DNA of 39,145 nucleotides from an uncultured archaeon (lineage in GTDB: Archaea; Altiarchaeota; Altiarchaeia; IMC4; QMZM01), in contig CAZJVE010000012.1 in assembly GCA_964549685.1 (NCBI GenBank), positions 1 through 39,145 of the forward strand, written 5' to 3'. Of the stretch, positions 1-9,417 are shown piece by piece. Below the pieces are notes generated by a model, which saw only the letters and a program-made list of their open reading frames with translations, was not told the DNA's origin and searched no databases. Position numbers and translations under genes: made by a program. The stretch's first letter is position 1, and each line of letters begins with the position of its first letter.

Positions 1-2665
1 TTACGTCCGAGAGACCTGCATCGTCTGCTGCCCAGGCGTTTATCAGGTCTATCACCTCAGAGAGGGTTACCTCGCCGCAGGGCGGCTCGTCCCCGACAAG
101 GGTGCATTCCCCCGCCATGGTCGTGGTTGTCGATGTGCTTGTGCTTGTCGATGTCGTGGAGGAAGTGGTGCTTGTGCTGGTTGATGTCGAGGTTGATGTC
201 GTGGAGGTGGAGGTCGATGTCGTGGAGGAAGTGCTGGTGGTCGATGTCGAGGTGGTAGTACTTGTGCTTGTCGATGTTGTGGAGGAAGTGGTGCTTGTTG
301 TCGTTGTTGTAGCCGCGCTGCACACATATCTGCAACCCGTCGTCCCGTCGTCGTTCCAGGTGCTGGGCTCGTCGCAGGTGTTTCCTGTTCCGGTATTCAG
401 GGGGCTGTCGGACAGGTAGAAGTCCGAGTATGTGCCATCACAAAACCTGTTTGAATTTAGGGTGTTGCTTGAGGAAGATAAGAGAGCGATTCCATAGTAC
501 CCATTTGAGTTGGCGGTGTTGTTGGTTAGGGTGTTGTTTGAGGAAGAATCGAGGTAGATTCCATAGTTGTTGTTGGAGGCGGTGTTGTTGGTTAGGGTGT
601 TGTTGGAGGAGTCCCAGAGGCGGATTCCATACCCATTGTTGTTAGAGACGGTGTTGAAGGTTAGGGTGTTGTTTGAGGAATAATACCAGAGCAGGATCCC
701 ATGGTTGTTGTTGGAGACGGTGTTGTTAGTTAGGGTGTTGCTGGAGGAAGCGTGGAGCTCGATTCCATAGAGCTCATTTGAGTTGGCTGTGTTGTTGGTT
801 AGGGTGTTGTTGGAGGAGTTCCAGAGCTCAATCCCATAGTACTCATTTGAGTTGGCTGTGTTGTTGATAAGGGTGTTGTTGGAGGAAGAGAAGAGGTAGA
901 TTCCAAAACCGAAAAACTCCGTAACTATGCAATTCTTTACCGTGTTCCCTGAGCTCCCATTCACGTAAACTCCAGAAGAAATATAAGAATTGTCTCCGTC
1001 TATCGTATGGCCCTGGCAGTCGAACTCCACGTTGCTTGCGTTGAATTCAATGCAGGTTCCAGAGTGATTGGTTATGTCCGCATCAAGCTTTACCGTAGAA
1101 TAGGTGCCGTTCAGCTTCGCAATACAGTCAGAACAGGTGCTGCAGGTGACGGTGTCCGGGATGGTTGTGCTTGTCGTGGTTGTGGTCGTCGTTGTCGCGG
1201 CCACCTGGCTGGCTGAGAAAGTATATGCTGTAGTGCTGGCGTTCTCGTCGTTTGCAATGACAAGGATTGCGCTCTCGTAGGTCGAGCCGAACCCGTTTAT
1301 CAGCAGGGAGCCGTCCTGGGCGCTGTCGAGGGGGATGAATTCCACCGCGTTCGGTGAGGCCATTTTTGCCACGGAGGCGTTGAAATTCTCGCTATTTGCT
1401 CCGTTGAAGGAGACGTTGAGGGTGCTCCCGTCGCCGCTTGTGAGGTTGAAGTATTCCGCGGCCCTGTGGTTCACGCTGCCGGAGCCGGACGCCGGGTAGG
1501 AGCCCCTCGTATTCGTTATGTTGATGGTGAAGTCGAGGTCGAGGTAGCCGTACAGACCGGTGCCTATTGAGGTGTCGTCAATTGCATTGGCTATGGTCCA
1601 GTCGTTGAATATCTGGTTGAAGGTGGCGTTATAGCCCTGCGTAGAGAGTGCCTGGTTTATGCCTGCAATGCTGTTCGCCTGCTCATCCACTATTGCTGTT
1701 ATCGTCTGGTTCCCGCCGTAGTGGTCCGAGAGGTAGAGGGTGAAGAGGTAGCTCTTGCCGTAGTCGTAGAGCTGCCCGCCCCAGTCGGTGAGTGAGTTGT
1801 CGTAACTGTTCGCAAAAGTGTTTATGTGGCCGGTCGGGTGCCCGTAGCCGTTGATATACTCTGAATACATTGCGCAGCCCTCGTCGACCCAGCTGTCCTC
1901 GTCGTTATCCTGGTTCCAGTGAATCATGTGCTGGAATTCGTGGGCTACAGTACTGAAGCTCTCGTTGGCTCCTTCATTTACATAGAAGTCGTCATGGTTG
2001 GTGGTGGGTGTGTAATTCACGCTACCGTCATAGCTCCCCTTCTCTATCAGCGGGAACGTATCGATGTAGACTATTTTGCGCTCGTTGCTGTGGTAGCCCC
2101 ACCACGACCATACGTCCGCCTCAGAATACTCGTTTGTGGACCAGAAATAGCCCGCAGTATATCCCTCCCCGGAGTAGTTATTGACATAGCTTTCGCCTAT
2201 GTCCGTCAGCAGGATAGTTACATGGGAATCGCCGTCAACCCCCTGCGCCCTCTCATCGCCGAAGTAGAGCCTGTTCGTCGTATAGATGGAATCGAATTCT
2301 GCCGCTATCTGGTTCACGTCATCCTGGGTTATGTAGCCTGCCAGTTTTCCTGCATCAGGAGCCGTGTCCACCCAGATTGCATTTCCTGACCTGTCCTTGG
2401 TCTGGACGTAGACATATGCCACAGAGGTTACGTTCCTCAGGACCGCATCAATCTCGAACCATGTGGTCTCGTATATCCAGAAGCTCGTGGTGTCGCCGAC
2501 ACTCTCCGCCTCCTTTATTGCGGCGGGCCTTGTCCCGGCGTCAAAGGCCTTTGGTTCGGGAGGGATTGACGGAAACTCGTGCGTCCTGCATTTTCCTCTA
2601 TGCGAGTCGGCAGCTGCAAGCATGCAGAGGCTCAGCAATACAAACAGAATAATCAGTCTTTTCAT
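1..2665 (-). CDS. Secreted multidomain zinc metallopeptidase (M30/hyicolysin-like) with parallel beta-helix (NosD/CASH-like) repeats, Thr/Ser linkers and a C-terminal dockerin-like module; 3' end runs off the window
   Basis: Translated by hand; it is absent from the ORF track because there is no stop in the window. ATG at 2665, signal peptide MKRLIILFVLLSLCMLAAA, zincin motif STVAHEFQHMIHW followed by SWVDEG, open frame to base 2, tail GECTLVGDEPPCGEVTLSEVIDLINAWAADDAGLSDV. Confidence 0.88.
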   Translation of the reverse strand, partial: MKRLIILFVLLSLCMLAAADSHRGKCRTHEFPSIPPEPKAFDAGTRPAAIKEAESVGDTTSFWIYETTWFEIDAVLRNVTSVAYVYVQTKDRSGNAIWVDTAPDAGKLAGYITQDDVNQIAAEFDSIYTTNRLYFGDERAQGVDGDSHVTILLTDIGESYVNNYSGEGYTAGYFWSTNEYSEADVWSWWGYHSNERKIVYIDTFPLIEKGSYDGSVNYTPTTNHDDFYVNEGANESFSTVAHEFQHMIHWNQDNDEDSWVDEGCAMYSEYINGYGHPTGHINTFANSYDNSLTDWGGQLYDYGKSYLFTLYLSDHYGGNQTITAIVDEQANSIAGINQALSTQGYNATFNQIFNDWTIANAIDDTSIGTGLYGYLDLDFTINITNTRGSYPASGSGSVNHRAAEYFNLTSGDGSTLNVSFNGANSENFNASVAKMASPNAVEFIPLDSAQDGSLLINGFGSTYESAILVIANDENASTTAYTFSASQVAATTTTTTTTSTTIPDTVTCSTCSDCIAKLNGTYSTVKLDADITNHSGTCIEFNASNVEFDCQGHTIDGDNSYISSGVYVNGSSGNTVKNCIVTEFFGFGIYLFSSSNNTLINNTANSNEYYGIELWNSSNNTLTNNTANSNELYGIELHASSSNTLTNNTVSNNNHGILLWYYSSNNTLTFNTVSNNNGYGIRLWDSSNNTLTNNTASNNNYGIYLDSSSNNTLTNNTANSNGYYGIALLSSSSNTLNSNRFCDGTYSDFYLSDSPLNTGTGNTCDEPSTWNDDGTTGCRYVCSAATTTTTSTTSSTTSTSTSTTTSTSTTSTSSTTSTSTSTTSTSTSTSTSTTSSTTSTSTSTSTTTTMAGECTLVGDEPPCGEVTLSEVIDLINAWAADDAGLSDV
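118..315 (-). repeat. Low-complexity Thr/Ser linker coding repeat
   Basis: gtcgatgtcgtggagga-type units encode TTSTSTSSTT runs and explain the spurious V-rich and H-rich shadow ORFs. Confidence 0.85.
455..905 (-). repeat. About 6.5 tandem 66-72 bp coding repeats (GIxLxxSSNNTLTNNTxxxN beta-helix turns)
   Basis: Recurring gtgttgttggttagggtgttgt(t/c)(t/g)gagga units on the + strand; in-frame 22-24 aa repeats on the - strand. Confidence 0.9.
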
Positions 2666-2710
2666 CAGTTAAAGATATGGGTTTTAGGAATATAATAACA
2701 TTACTTAAAC

Positions 2711-5026
2711 ATGGAAACCCTGCTTGATATCGACTATACTGTTAGGGATGAGAAGGCCGTCATACGGCTGTACTATAAGACGGACAAGGGCAGGGAAATC
2801 AGGGAGGTTGACGACTTCGAGCCCCACTTCTATGTCACCTCCGACAATCTTGAGCAATCGAAGGAAGAGATTGAAAAGCTGAACGGTGTAGTGAAAGTCG
2901 AGACGGTCAAGAAGGTCGAGGTCAGGCAGGAGATTGAGGTTCTCAAGGTCACGGTGAAGCTGCCGCAGAACGTCCCGGAGCTGAGGGGGGAGATAAAGGG
3001 GTTCGAGAATACCAAAGAGGTGAGAGAGGCGGCTATTCCCTTTGCCGAGAGATACCTTATAAATTCCGGTATTGTTCCGATGGAGAATGCCGAGCAAATG
3101 GGGCTGAAAATTGCGTCCTTTGACCTTGAGGTCTATAATCCTGAAGGGGAGCCGAAGTCGGAAAAAGACCCGATACTCATGATAAGCTATGCGGACTCTA
3201 CCGGGATGAAAAAGGTATGGACTTATAGGGAGACCCCTGGACTAAAGCAGGAATACCTTGAGATTCTGAAGAGCGAGCGGGCAATGATAGAGAAATTCAT
3301 CCAGACCGTGAAGGAGCAGGAGATAGACATCCTGTGCACCTATAACGGCGACAATTTCGACTTCCCGTATCTCAATGAGAGAGCAGCAAAGTATAAGATG
3401 GACGTCGGGCTTGGTATAGATGCAAGTAAGGTAAGGCTTGAAAGAAGGGGCATGAACCTCGGAGCGAAGGTGAGGGGCAGGCCCCACATAGACCTCTATC
3501 CCATATGCCGGCAGGTGTTCAACCTGAGCCGCTACACCCTTGAGAACGTCTACCTCGAGATGTTCGGCGAGGAGAAGAAGGACATAAATGCGAGCGAGAT
3601 GCACAAGGTATGGGATGCCAATGAGACAGGGGCTATGAAGGAGGTATTCGAATACTCAATGGATGATGCAATAGGCACATTGAGAATAGGGCTTGCAATC
3701 CTTCCATTGCAGTATGAGCTTTCCAGGATAACGAGGATTCCGGTCTACAAGTCGTCGAGGTCCGGCTCCGGGCAGAGGGTGGAGGATTTGCTGATAAAGA
3801 GGGCATTCGAGAAGAACATCCTGATACCGAACAAGCCCTCGGACAGGATTGCGAATGAGCGACAAAGGAGCAGCTATGTCGGGGCATATGTCGTCGAACC
3901 AAAAAAAGGAATCCACGACAACATCGTGCTGTTCGACTTCCGCTCCCTGTATCCCTCCATCATAATAAGCCACAACATAGACCCCTCTGCCATGAATTGC
4001 AGTTGCTGCAAGAAGGAGGAGGCATTTCAATCGCCTGCCGGACACCACTTCTGCAAGAAAAACGTTGGGCTGATTCCGGAAACCGTGGGTGAGCTGATAC
4101 AGCGACGAATCGATGTCAAGAAGAAACTGAAAGAGGAAAGCGAGCCAGAAAAGAAGAGATTTCTCGACGTCGAACAGCAGGCGCTCAAGCTCATGTCGAA
4201 TTCCATGTACGGCTACTTTGCCTTTGCAAGGGCTGTGTGGTACTCCCGGGAGTGCGCCGAGGCAATTGCAGCGCTTGGGAGGCAGTACATCCACGATACG
4301 ATAGAGGCGGCCAAGAAGCACGGCTTTGATGTCCTCTATGGCGATACAGACTCCGTCTACATAACCGTCTCAGGCGAGAAGAACAGCAAGAAGATAATCG
4401 CCGAGGCGAAGAAATTCTCCAGCGAGATAAACAAGGAGCTCCCGGGAGGCATGGAACTGGAGTTTGAGGGCTTCTATCCAAGAGGGATTTTCATAACCAA
4501 GAAGAGATATGCGTTGATGGACGAGAAGGGCACTTTACTTGTGAAGGGGCTTGAGGTTAGAAGGAGGGACTGGTCAAACGTTGCGAAGGAAACCCAGACC
4601 AAGGTCCTGAATGCGCTTCTCAAGGACAAAGACCCCAATAAAGCGGCAGAGATAGTGAAGGGAATCGTCCAGAGGATAAAGGCGGGCGATGTGAAGCTTG
4701 AAGACCTCACTATACATACGCAAATAACCAGGGGGATGAATGAATACGTCCAGGCCGGGCCCCACATAATCGCGGCAAGGAAGGCGATTAAGGAGGGCAG
4801 GGAATTCAAGCAGGGGGACATAGTAACCTATGTAGTTACCAAGACAGGCACAAGCATCTCTGACAGGGCGAGGGTTGTCGATTTCGTGCAGGAAGGGGAC
4901 TACGACGCCAACTATTACGTAAATAATCAGGTCCTTCCCGCGGTAATGAGGATTCTCGAGGCGCTTGGGTATTCAGAGGACGAGCTGAAAGGCCTCGGAA
5001 AGCAGATGACGCTCGGCGGGTTCTAG
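2711..5026 (+). CDS. polB: Family B DNA polymerase (archaeal PolB3-like), no intein
   Basis: Exo motifs FDLEV, YNGDNFDFPY and YSMDDA; Pol motifs DFRSLYPSII, KLMSNSMYG and YGDTDS; C-terminal PIP box QMTLGGF. Confidence 0.97.
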   Translation: METLLDIDYTVRDEKAVIRLYYKTDKGREIREVDDFEPHFYVTSDNLEQSKEEIEKLNGVVKVETVKKVEVRQEIEVLKVTVKLPQNVPELRGEIKGFENTKEVREAAIPFAERYLINSGIVPMENAEQMGLKIASFDLEVYNPEGEPKSEKDPILMISYADSTGMKKVWTYRETPGLKQEYLEILKSERAMIEKFIQTVKEQEIDILCTYNGDNFDFPYLNERAAKYKMDVGLGIDASKVRLERRGMNLGAKVRGRPHIDLYPICRQVFNLSRYTLENVYLEMFGEEKKDINASEMHKVWDANETGAMKEVFEYSMDDAIGTLRIGLAILPLQYELSRITRIPVYKSSRSGSGQRVEDLLIKRAFEKNILIPNKPSDRIANERQRSSYVGAYVVEPKKGIHDNIVLFDFRSLYPSIIISHNIDPSAMNCSCCKKEEAFQSPAGHHFCKKNVGLIPETVGELIQRRIDVKKKLKEESEPEKKRFLDVEQQALKLMSNSMYGYFAFARAVWYSRECAEAIAALGRQYIHDTIEAAKKHGFDVLYGDTDSVYITVSGEKNSKKIIAEAKKFSSEINKELPGGMELEFEGFYPRGIFITKKRYALMDEKGTLLVKGLEVRRRDWSNVAKETQTKVLNALLKDKDPNKAAEIVKGIVQRIKAGDVKLEDLTIHTQITRGMNEYVQAGPHIIAARKAIKEGREFKQGDIVTYVVTKTGTSISDRARVVDFVQEGDYDANYYVNNQVLPAVMRILEALGYSEDELKGLGKQMTLGGF

Positions 5027-5061
5027 GTTTTTATAGCAGATATAGGTAATATATATCTAGG

Positions 5062-5853
5062 ATGGTAGTAACAACTGTCGGTCTGATTGTGTCCGTCCTG
5101 ACGCTCCTTGCAGGCATGGTGCTGGTGGTCTCCGCATTCGGCCCGGCGATAAGGTCCCGCAAGTCCGACAGCGTACTGGTTTCGTTCCTGCTAGTCTTTG
5201 CCGGCTTCTTTGCAATACTGATGGCCCTGGGGATACTCTCACTGGTTATCTTCCGCCAGGGCGCCATGGTGGAGATAAGGGACTCCGTCGGTATATTGGC
5301 CGAGACCGTAGGAATTGAGGCAGCAACAATCATTCTGGTCACATATTTCGTCATGATGCTGCCCTTCCTGTACAAGGCAGGATACAAACACGACAAGATG
5401 AAGGACATCCGGGAGGAGGAAGGGGGCGTGGGTTTCTTCAGCAACCTGAAGATTGCCCTGCTGAGCGACAACATTAACCAGCTCAGGAGCTATTTTATCC
5501 TGAGCATATTTGTCCTCTTCGCGCTGATAGTCTCGATGCTGTACAAAATCATGGAGTTCATGCTCCTGGCGCTGGTCCTCCAGGTTATAATAATCCTCAT
5601 CGTTGTGTTCTACGTCCTTGAGAACTACAAGGCGCTGGAGGCAGCAACGGTCGATAAGTCCATGGAGGGCTTCCTCGACAGGCTGGGCATAGAGCACAAT
5701 GAAAAGGAGATTATCGGAGGGGTCAACTTCTACTTCAAGGACTTCGAGAGCAGGCAGGAGGCCGGTGCAAACAAGGAGGAGCTCGCGAAGATATACCACG
5801 AGGTGGCAAAGGAGATTTCCTGGCACGTGAGAAAGCAGAAGAAGATTTTCTGA
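5062..5853 (+). CDS. Hypothetical multi-pass membrane protein
   Basis: 263 aa with about five hydrophobic helices and a charged C-terminal domain; codirectional with its neighbours. Confidence 0.75.
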   Translation: MVVTTVGLIVSVLTLLAGMVLVVSAFGPAIRSRKSDSVLVSFLLVFAGFFAILMALGILSLVIFRQGAMVEIRDSVGILAETVGIEAATIILVTYFVMMLPFLYKAGYKHDKMKDIREEEGGVGFFSNLKIALLSDNINQLRSYFILSIFVLFALIVSMLYKIMEFMLLALVLQVIIILIVVFYVLENYKALEAATVDKSMEGFLDRLGIEHNEKEIIGGVNFYFKDFESRQEAGANKEELAKIYHEVAKEISWHVRKQKKIF

Positions 5854-5860
5854 TTCTGAA

Positions 5861-6898
5861 ATGACCAAAACCGCGCTAATCTATCATGAAGATTATCTGA
5901 AGCACGATGCCGGGCCCGGGCATCCGGAGCGGAGGGAAAGGCTGATTTCTGTGATGGACTATTTCCGGAACGGGGGGATTTTCGAGAAGGTTGAGGTTCT
6001 TACTCCCGGGCCCTGTTCAGATGAAGACCTTCTCAGGGTGCATAGAGAAGAGCACGTGGCCAACGTCCGCTCCTTTTCCCAGGCAGGCGGGGGCCCGCTT
6101 GATGCCGATACGTTCTGCCAGCACAATACCTACGAGATTGCAAAACTCGCTGCGGGGGGAGTCATGCTGGCGGGTGAGGTCGTTGCCAAGGGGGAGTTCG
6201 GCAATTCCCTTGCCCTTGTCAGGCCGCCGGGGCATCACGCGACCAGGGACAGGGCCATGGGCTTCTGCTATTTCAATAATGTTGCGGTGATGACAAGGTA
6301 CCTGCAGGAAAAACACGATATCAAGAAAATCCTCATCCTGGATTGGGACGCCCATGCCGCCAACGGCACGATGGACATCTTCTATGACGACCCGTCCGTC
6401 CTGAATATTTCGATTCATCAGGACCCGGTCTCCTTCTATCCCGGCACCGGTTTCGCGGAGCAGATTGGGGAGGGAGATGGGGCAGGCTATACGGTCAACG
6501 TTCCCATGAAACATGGCGCCGGGGACTCGGACTACGTCTATGTGCTGGAGGAGCTGGTCTTTCCCCTTGCAAGGAGCTTCCAGCCGGAGCTCATCGCCAT
6601 ATCGACCGGCTTTGACTCGCACAAGGACGACTTCATCTCGGGGCTGCAGCTGACCGACCAGGGCTACGGGTTCCTGACGGAGAGGATGATGGGCCTGGCA
6701 AAGGAGGTCTGCGGCGGCAGGGTTGTTGTAGAGCTAGAGGGCGGCTATAACCTGGAGGCGATTGCGAGGTCCAGTTATGCCATGGTTAATTCGCTGCTGG
6801 GGAATTCGGCAGAACCAGTCGTCGGGCACGCGCTGGGTTCAGTCAGCGCCGTTGTCGAGCAGCTGAAGGGGTCGCTGGGGAAGTATCACGACATTTAG
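5861..6898 (+). CDS. Histone deacetylase superfamily (AcuC/HDAC class II-like) Zn deacetylase
   Basis: HPERRERL, RPPGHHA, GFCYFNN, DWDAHAANGT, GFDSHKDD and LEGGY motifs. Confidence 0.93.
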   Translation: MTKTALIYHEDYLKHDAGPGHPERRERLISVMDYFRNGGIFEKVEVLTPGPCSDEDLLRVHREEHVANVRSFSQAGGGPLDADTFCQHNTYEIAKLAAGGVMLAGEVVAKGEFGNSLALVRPPGHHATRDRAMGFCYFNNVAVMTRYLQEKHDIKKILILDWDAHAANGTMDIFYDDPSVLNISIHQDPVSFYPGTGFAEQIGEGDGAGYTVNVPMKHGAGDSDYVYVLEELVFPLARSFQPELIAISTGFDSHKDDFISGLQLTDQGYGFLTERMMGLAKEVCGGRVVVELEGGYNLEAIARSSYAMVNSLLGNSAEPVVGHALGSVSAVVEQLKGSLGKYHDI

Positions 6899-7587
6899 AA
6901 AAGCACATAGTTAGCGATAATGCTGCTGTGATAATAAGAGAAACAAGTGCCAAAACAGAACGCGAATATCAAAATCCCTGTCGTTATGAGGAGCGCACCG
7001 ATTGTTTTTCTTGAGATAGTTGATTTCCTGCCGTAAAACATTGTGCCAGAGAGAATAAGCAGAAAGGCCGATATGCATGAAAGTGCTGTAAACGAGTAGA
7101 GGCACAGAAATCTTTCATTTTGAGATACGAAATTTTGGATTATGTCTGGAAGCAGTATTTTTGATAAGTACGTGGCCCAGAGGAATACAACCAAAGAAAC
7201 TCCTGACACATTCCGTAAATCCCTAAGTTTGACCTTCTTCTTTTCAGCACCCCCCATATGTTTCCGAATGTAAAGAAGACAGAGAAGAACGAAGGCAAAA
7301 TAAACTGCAAGAACGGCATGTGTAAGTAGGTCAAGGATAAGAAAGATTCCATTAAAGGCAAAGTATAAGGCCCATAGTCTATAATCTGAGTTAAAAATAC
7401 CTGAAATCGAAACAAAAATCAGCAAGAGAAGAAACCATATAAAGCCAACGAGCAATAGACCACCCATACGCTTTATACCTACCTCAATACTTAGTTGTAG
7501 ATTTACCCAAACGAGCAATATCAAAACCAGATACTGGAATGCACAGAACAGCTCCACGCTAATGGGTCTTTTTGTTGTTTGCTCCAT
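6895..7587 (-). CDS. Hypothetical integral membrane protein (AT-rich gene)
   Basis: 230 aa with about seven hydrophobic segments; starts 6 nt after the flavin reductase stop; visibly lower GC than its flanks. Confidence 0.65.
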   Translation of the reverse strand: MEQTTKRPISVELFCAFQYLVLILLVWVNLQLSIEVGIKRMGGLLLVGFIWFLLLLIFVSISGIFNSDYRLWALYFAFNGIFLILDLLTHAVLAVYFAFVLLCLLYIRKHMGGAEKKKVKLRDLRNVSGVSLVVFLWATYLSKILLPDIIQNFVSQNERFLCLYSFTALSCISAFLLILSGTMFYGRKSTISRKTIGALLITTGILIFAFCFGTCFSYYHSSIIANYVLF

Positions 7588-7593
7588 TGCAAA

Positions 7594-8136
7594 TTATTCA
7601 ACGTTAACGACTCTGTCTGGAATTGCGAATTCTGTGCCTCCGATGTGCTGGGCGGCTTTTGCCTTCCCGACGTCCAGGTTGCCATTCTTCAGCAGCCCGT
7701 CTTTTGCCTCCGCCTTCAGTACCCTGCCGACCAGGAGTACGTGGTCCCCCGCCTCCTTCTCGAAGTAAAGCCTGCACTCAAACCAGGCGATGCACTCCTT
7801 GACTCTGGGGGGCTTTACCGTAGCAGAATCCTCGGCTGTTAAGCCGGCCTCCTCCAGCTCATTCACTTCGGGGGGGAATTTACCGCCACATTTATAAACC
7901 CGGTTTAGAATCTCCTCGGCAGGTATGTTCAGGACGAAGTCCCCGGTCTCTCTCACATTGTAGAGGGTGTCCTTTCCATGGCCGCAGGAGACCATGGCGA
8001 GTGGCGGGTCCATGGAAACAGGAGAGACAAAGCTGAACGGAGCAGCATTGATGTTGCCTTTTTTGTCGACAGTGGTTACAAGGGCCGTTAGCCTGGGCGC
8101 CATGGCCTTGTAGAACTGCGTCGGATTCAGGTCCAT
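7594..8136 (-). CDS. Flavin reductase-like (DIM6/NTAB family) FMN-binding protein
   Basis: NAAPFSF, DPPL, KDTLYNV, GDFVLNI, ECIAWFECR and GDH motifs. Confidence 0.92.
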   Translation of the reverse strand: MDLNPTQFYKAMAPRLTALVTTVDKKGNINAAPFSFVSPVSMDPPLAMVSCGHGKDTLYNVRETGDFVLNIPAEEILNRVYKCGGKFPPEVNELEEAGLTAEDSATVKPPRVKECIAWFECRLYFEKEAGDHVLLVGRVLKAEAKDGLLKNGNLDVGKAKAAQHIGGTEFAIPDRVVNVE

Positions 8137-8175
8137 AGGATTATATTAGACTGCAGAATCTAAATATTTAAGCAT

Positions 8176-9417
8176 ATGAAAGTAGAGAAACCGAGAGGGA
8201 CAAGGGATTTCACTCCTGATGAGATGTGGGCAAGGAGCCTCGTGGAGCGGAAGATGTCCTGTGCCATAGAGAACTACGGCTACAGGAAGGTTTCCGTTCC
8301 GACGTTCGAGAGGTCCGAGCTCTTCAGGCTGAAGTCGGGGGAGGAGATTGCCCAGCATATGTACGTCTTCAAGGATAAAGGAGGGCGGGAGCTGTGCCTC
8401 AGACCTGAAGCAACTGCCTCGGTATGCAGGATGTTTGCCGAGGAATTGAGGGCTTATCAGAAGCCGATAAAGGTCTATTACTCCGGTCCCATGTTCCGAT
8501 ACGAGGAGCCCCAGAAGGGCAGGTACAGGGAGTTCTGGCAGATTGGGATAGAGCTCATTGGGCCGAGGGGGCCTGAGAGCGATGCAGAGGTCATAGAGGT
8601 CGCTGCAAGGTCTCTCAAGAGCATGGGCCTCAAGTTCGAGCTTGAGGTCGGTCATCTCGGCATCCTGAGAGGGCTGATGCAGGATTTAGGGGTAAAGGAG
8701 AAGGTCCAGGACGACGTTATATCTGCCATCGACAGGGGTCAGAGGGAAAAGGCCGAGAAGCTGGTAAAGGACAAGGTGTTCTTCGAGCTGGTGGAGCTGA
8801 AGGGGGATAAAAAGGTCATTGCCAAGGCAGGGAAGATTCTTAAGGATTATGAGAATGCCTCGGCGGCCCTGAAGGAATTCAAAGGGATTCTGTCATATCT
8901 TGATGCGCTTGATGTTGATTATTCAATTAATCTTGGAATCGCCAGGGGGCTTGAGTATTATACAGGCATGGTCTTTGAAATCCGGGTAGAGGGCCTCGGG
9001 GCCCAGAACCAGATTTGCGGAGGAGGGAGGTATGATGGTCTGGTCGAGCTTTTTTCCGGCCTGAGCGTCCCTGCTGTGGGGTTCGCCTTCGGCTTCGACA
9101 GGGTCGTGGAGGCGGTGAAGGAGCAGGGCATCAGCATTCCGGAGAAGAAGATTGACCTGGTCGTGGCCCCTGTAAGCGACGAGGTCCGGGAGGAGGCGAT
9201 GAAGATTGCGTCCAGATTCAGGGGCAGCTGCTCGGTGGAGGTTGATTTGATGAACAGGAAACTGGGCAAGATTCTCGAGTATGCGTCAAGAATCAAGGCA
9301 AGGTACGCCATAATAGTCGGCCCAAAGGAGTTGGAGAAGGGCCTGGTCGTTCTGAGGGACATGGGTTCAGGAACCCAGAAGGAAATCGACCTGAACGAGA
9401 TAGAGAGGATTTTCTGA
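8176..9417 (+). CDS. hisS: Histidine--tRNA ligase
   Basis: PRGTRDF, LRPEATAS, FRYEEPQKGRYREFWQ, RGLEYYTG, GGGRYD and a C-terminal anticodon-binding domain. Confidence 0.97.
   Translation: MKVEKPRGTRDFTPDEMWARSLVERKMSCAIENYGYRKVSVPTFERSELFRLKSGEEIAQHMYVFKDKGGRELCLRPEATASVCRMFAEELRAYQKPIKVYYSGPMFRYEEPQKGRYREFWQIGIELIGPRGPESDAEVIEVAARSLKSMGLKFELEVGHLGILRGLMQDLGVKEKVQDDVISAIDRGQREKAEKLVKDKVFFELVELKGDKKVIAKAGKILKDYENASAALKEFKGILSYLDALDVDYSINLGIARGLEYYTGMVFEIRVEGLGAQNQICGGGRYDGLVELFSGLSVPAVGFAFGFDRVVEAVKEQGISIPEKKIDLVVAPVSDEVREEAMKIASRFRGSCSVEVDLMNRKLGKILEYASRIKARYAIIVGPKELEKGLVVLRDMGSGTQKEIDLNEIERIF

Noticed and set aside
57-645. His-rich, Val-rich and Cys-rich ORFs in the track
   Set aside because: They are alternative-frame shadows of the Thr/Ser linker and beta-helix repeats of the real - strand gene.
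455-905. Possible CRISPR array or DGR variable region
   Set aside because: The units are in-frame, degenerate coding repeats with no unique spacers and no cas genes. AAC codons are the conserved part, the opposite of DGR adenine mutagenesis, and there is no RT or template repeat in the window.
2258-2267. GCCGAAGTAG matching the tRNA-Met 5' end
   Set aside because: Only 10 nt and inside a coding region, so compatible with chance.
2711-5026. Intein in, or mobile origin (casposon/virus) of, polB
   Set aside because: 771 aa with contiguous motifs and a PIP box; no cas1, terminal repeats or viral genes nearby.
6338-6372. Inactive HDAC because HHG is replaced by HAA
   Set aside because: The Zn ligands (D-x-H and the later Asp), the catalytic HH pair and the GGY tyrosine are all retained.
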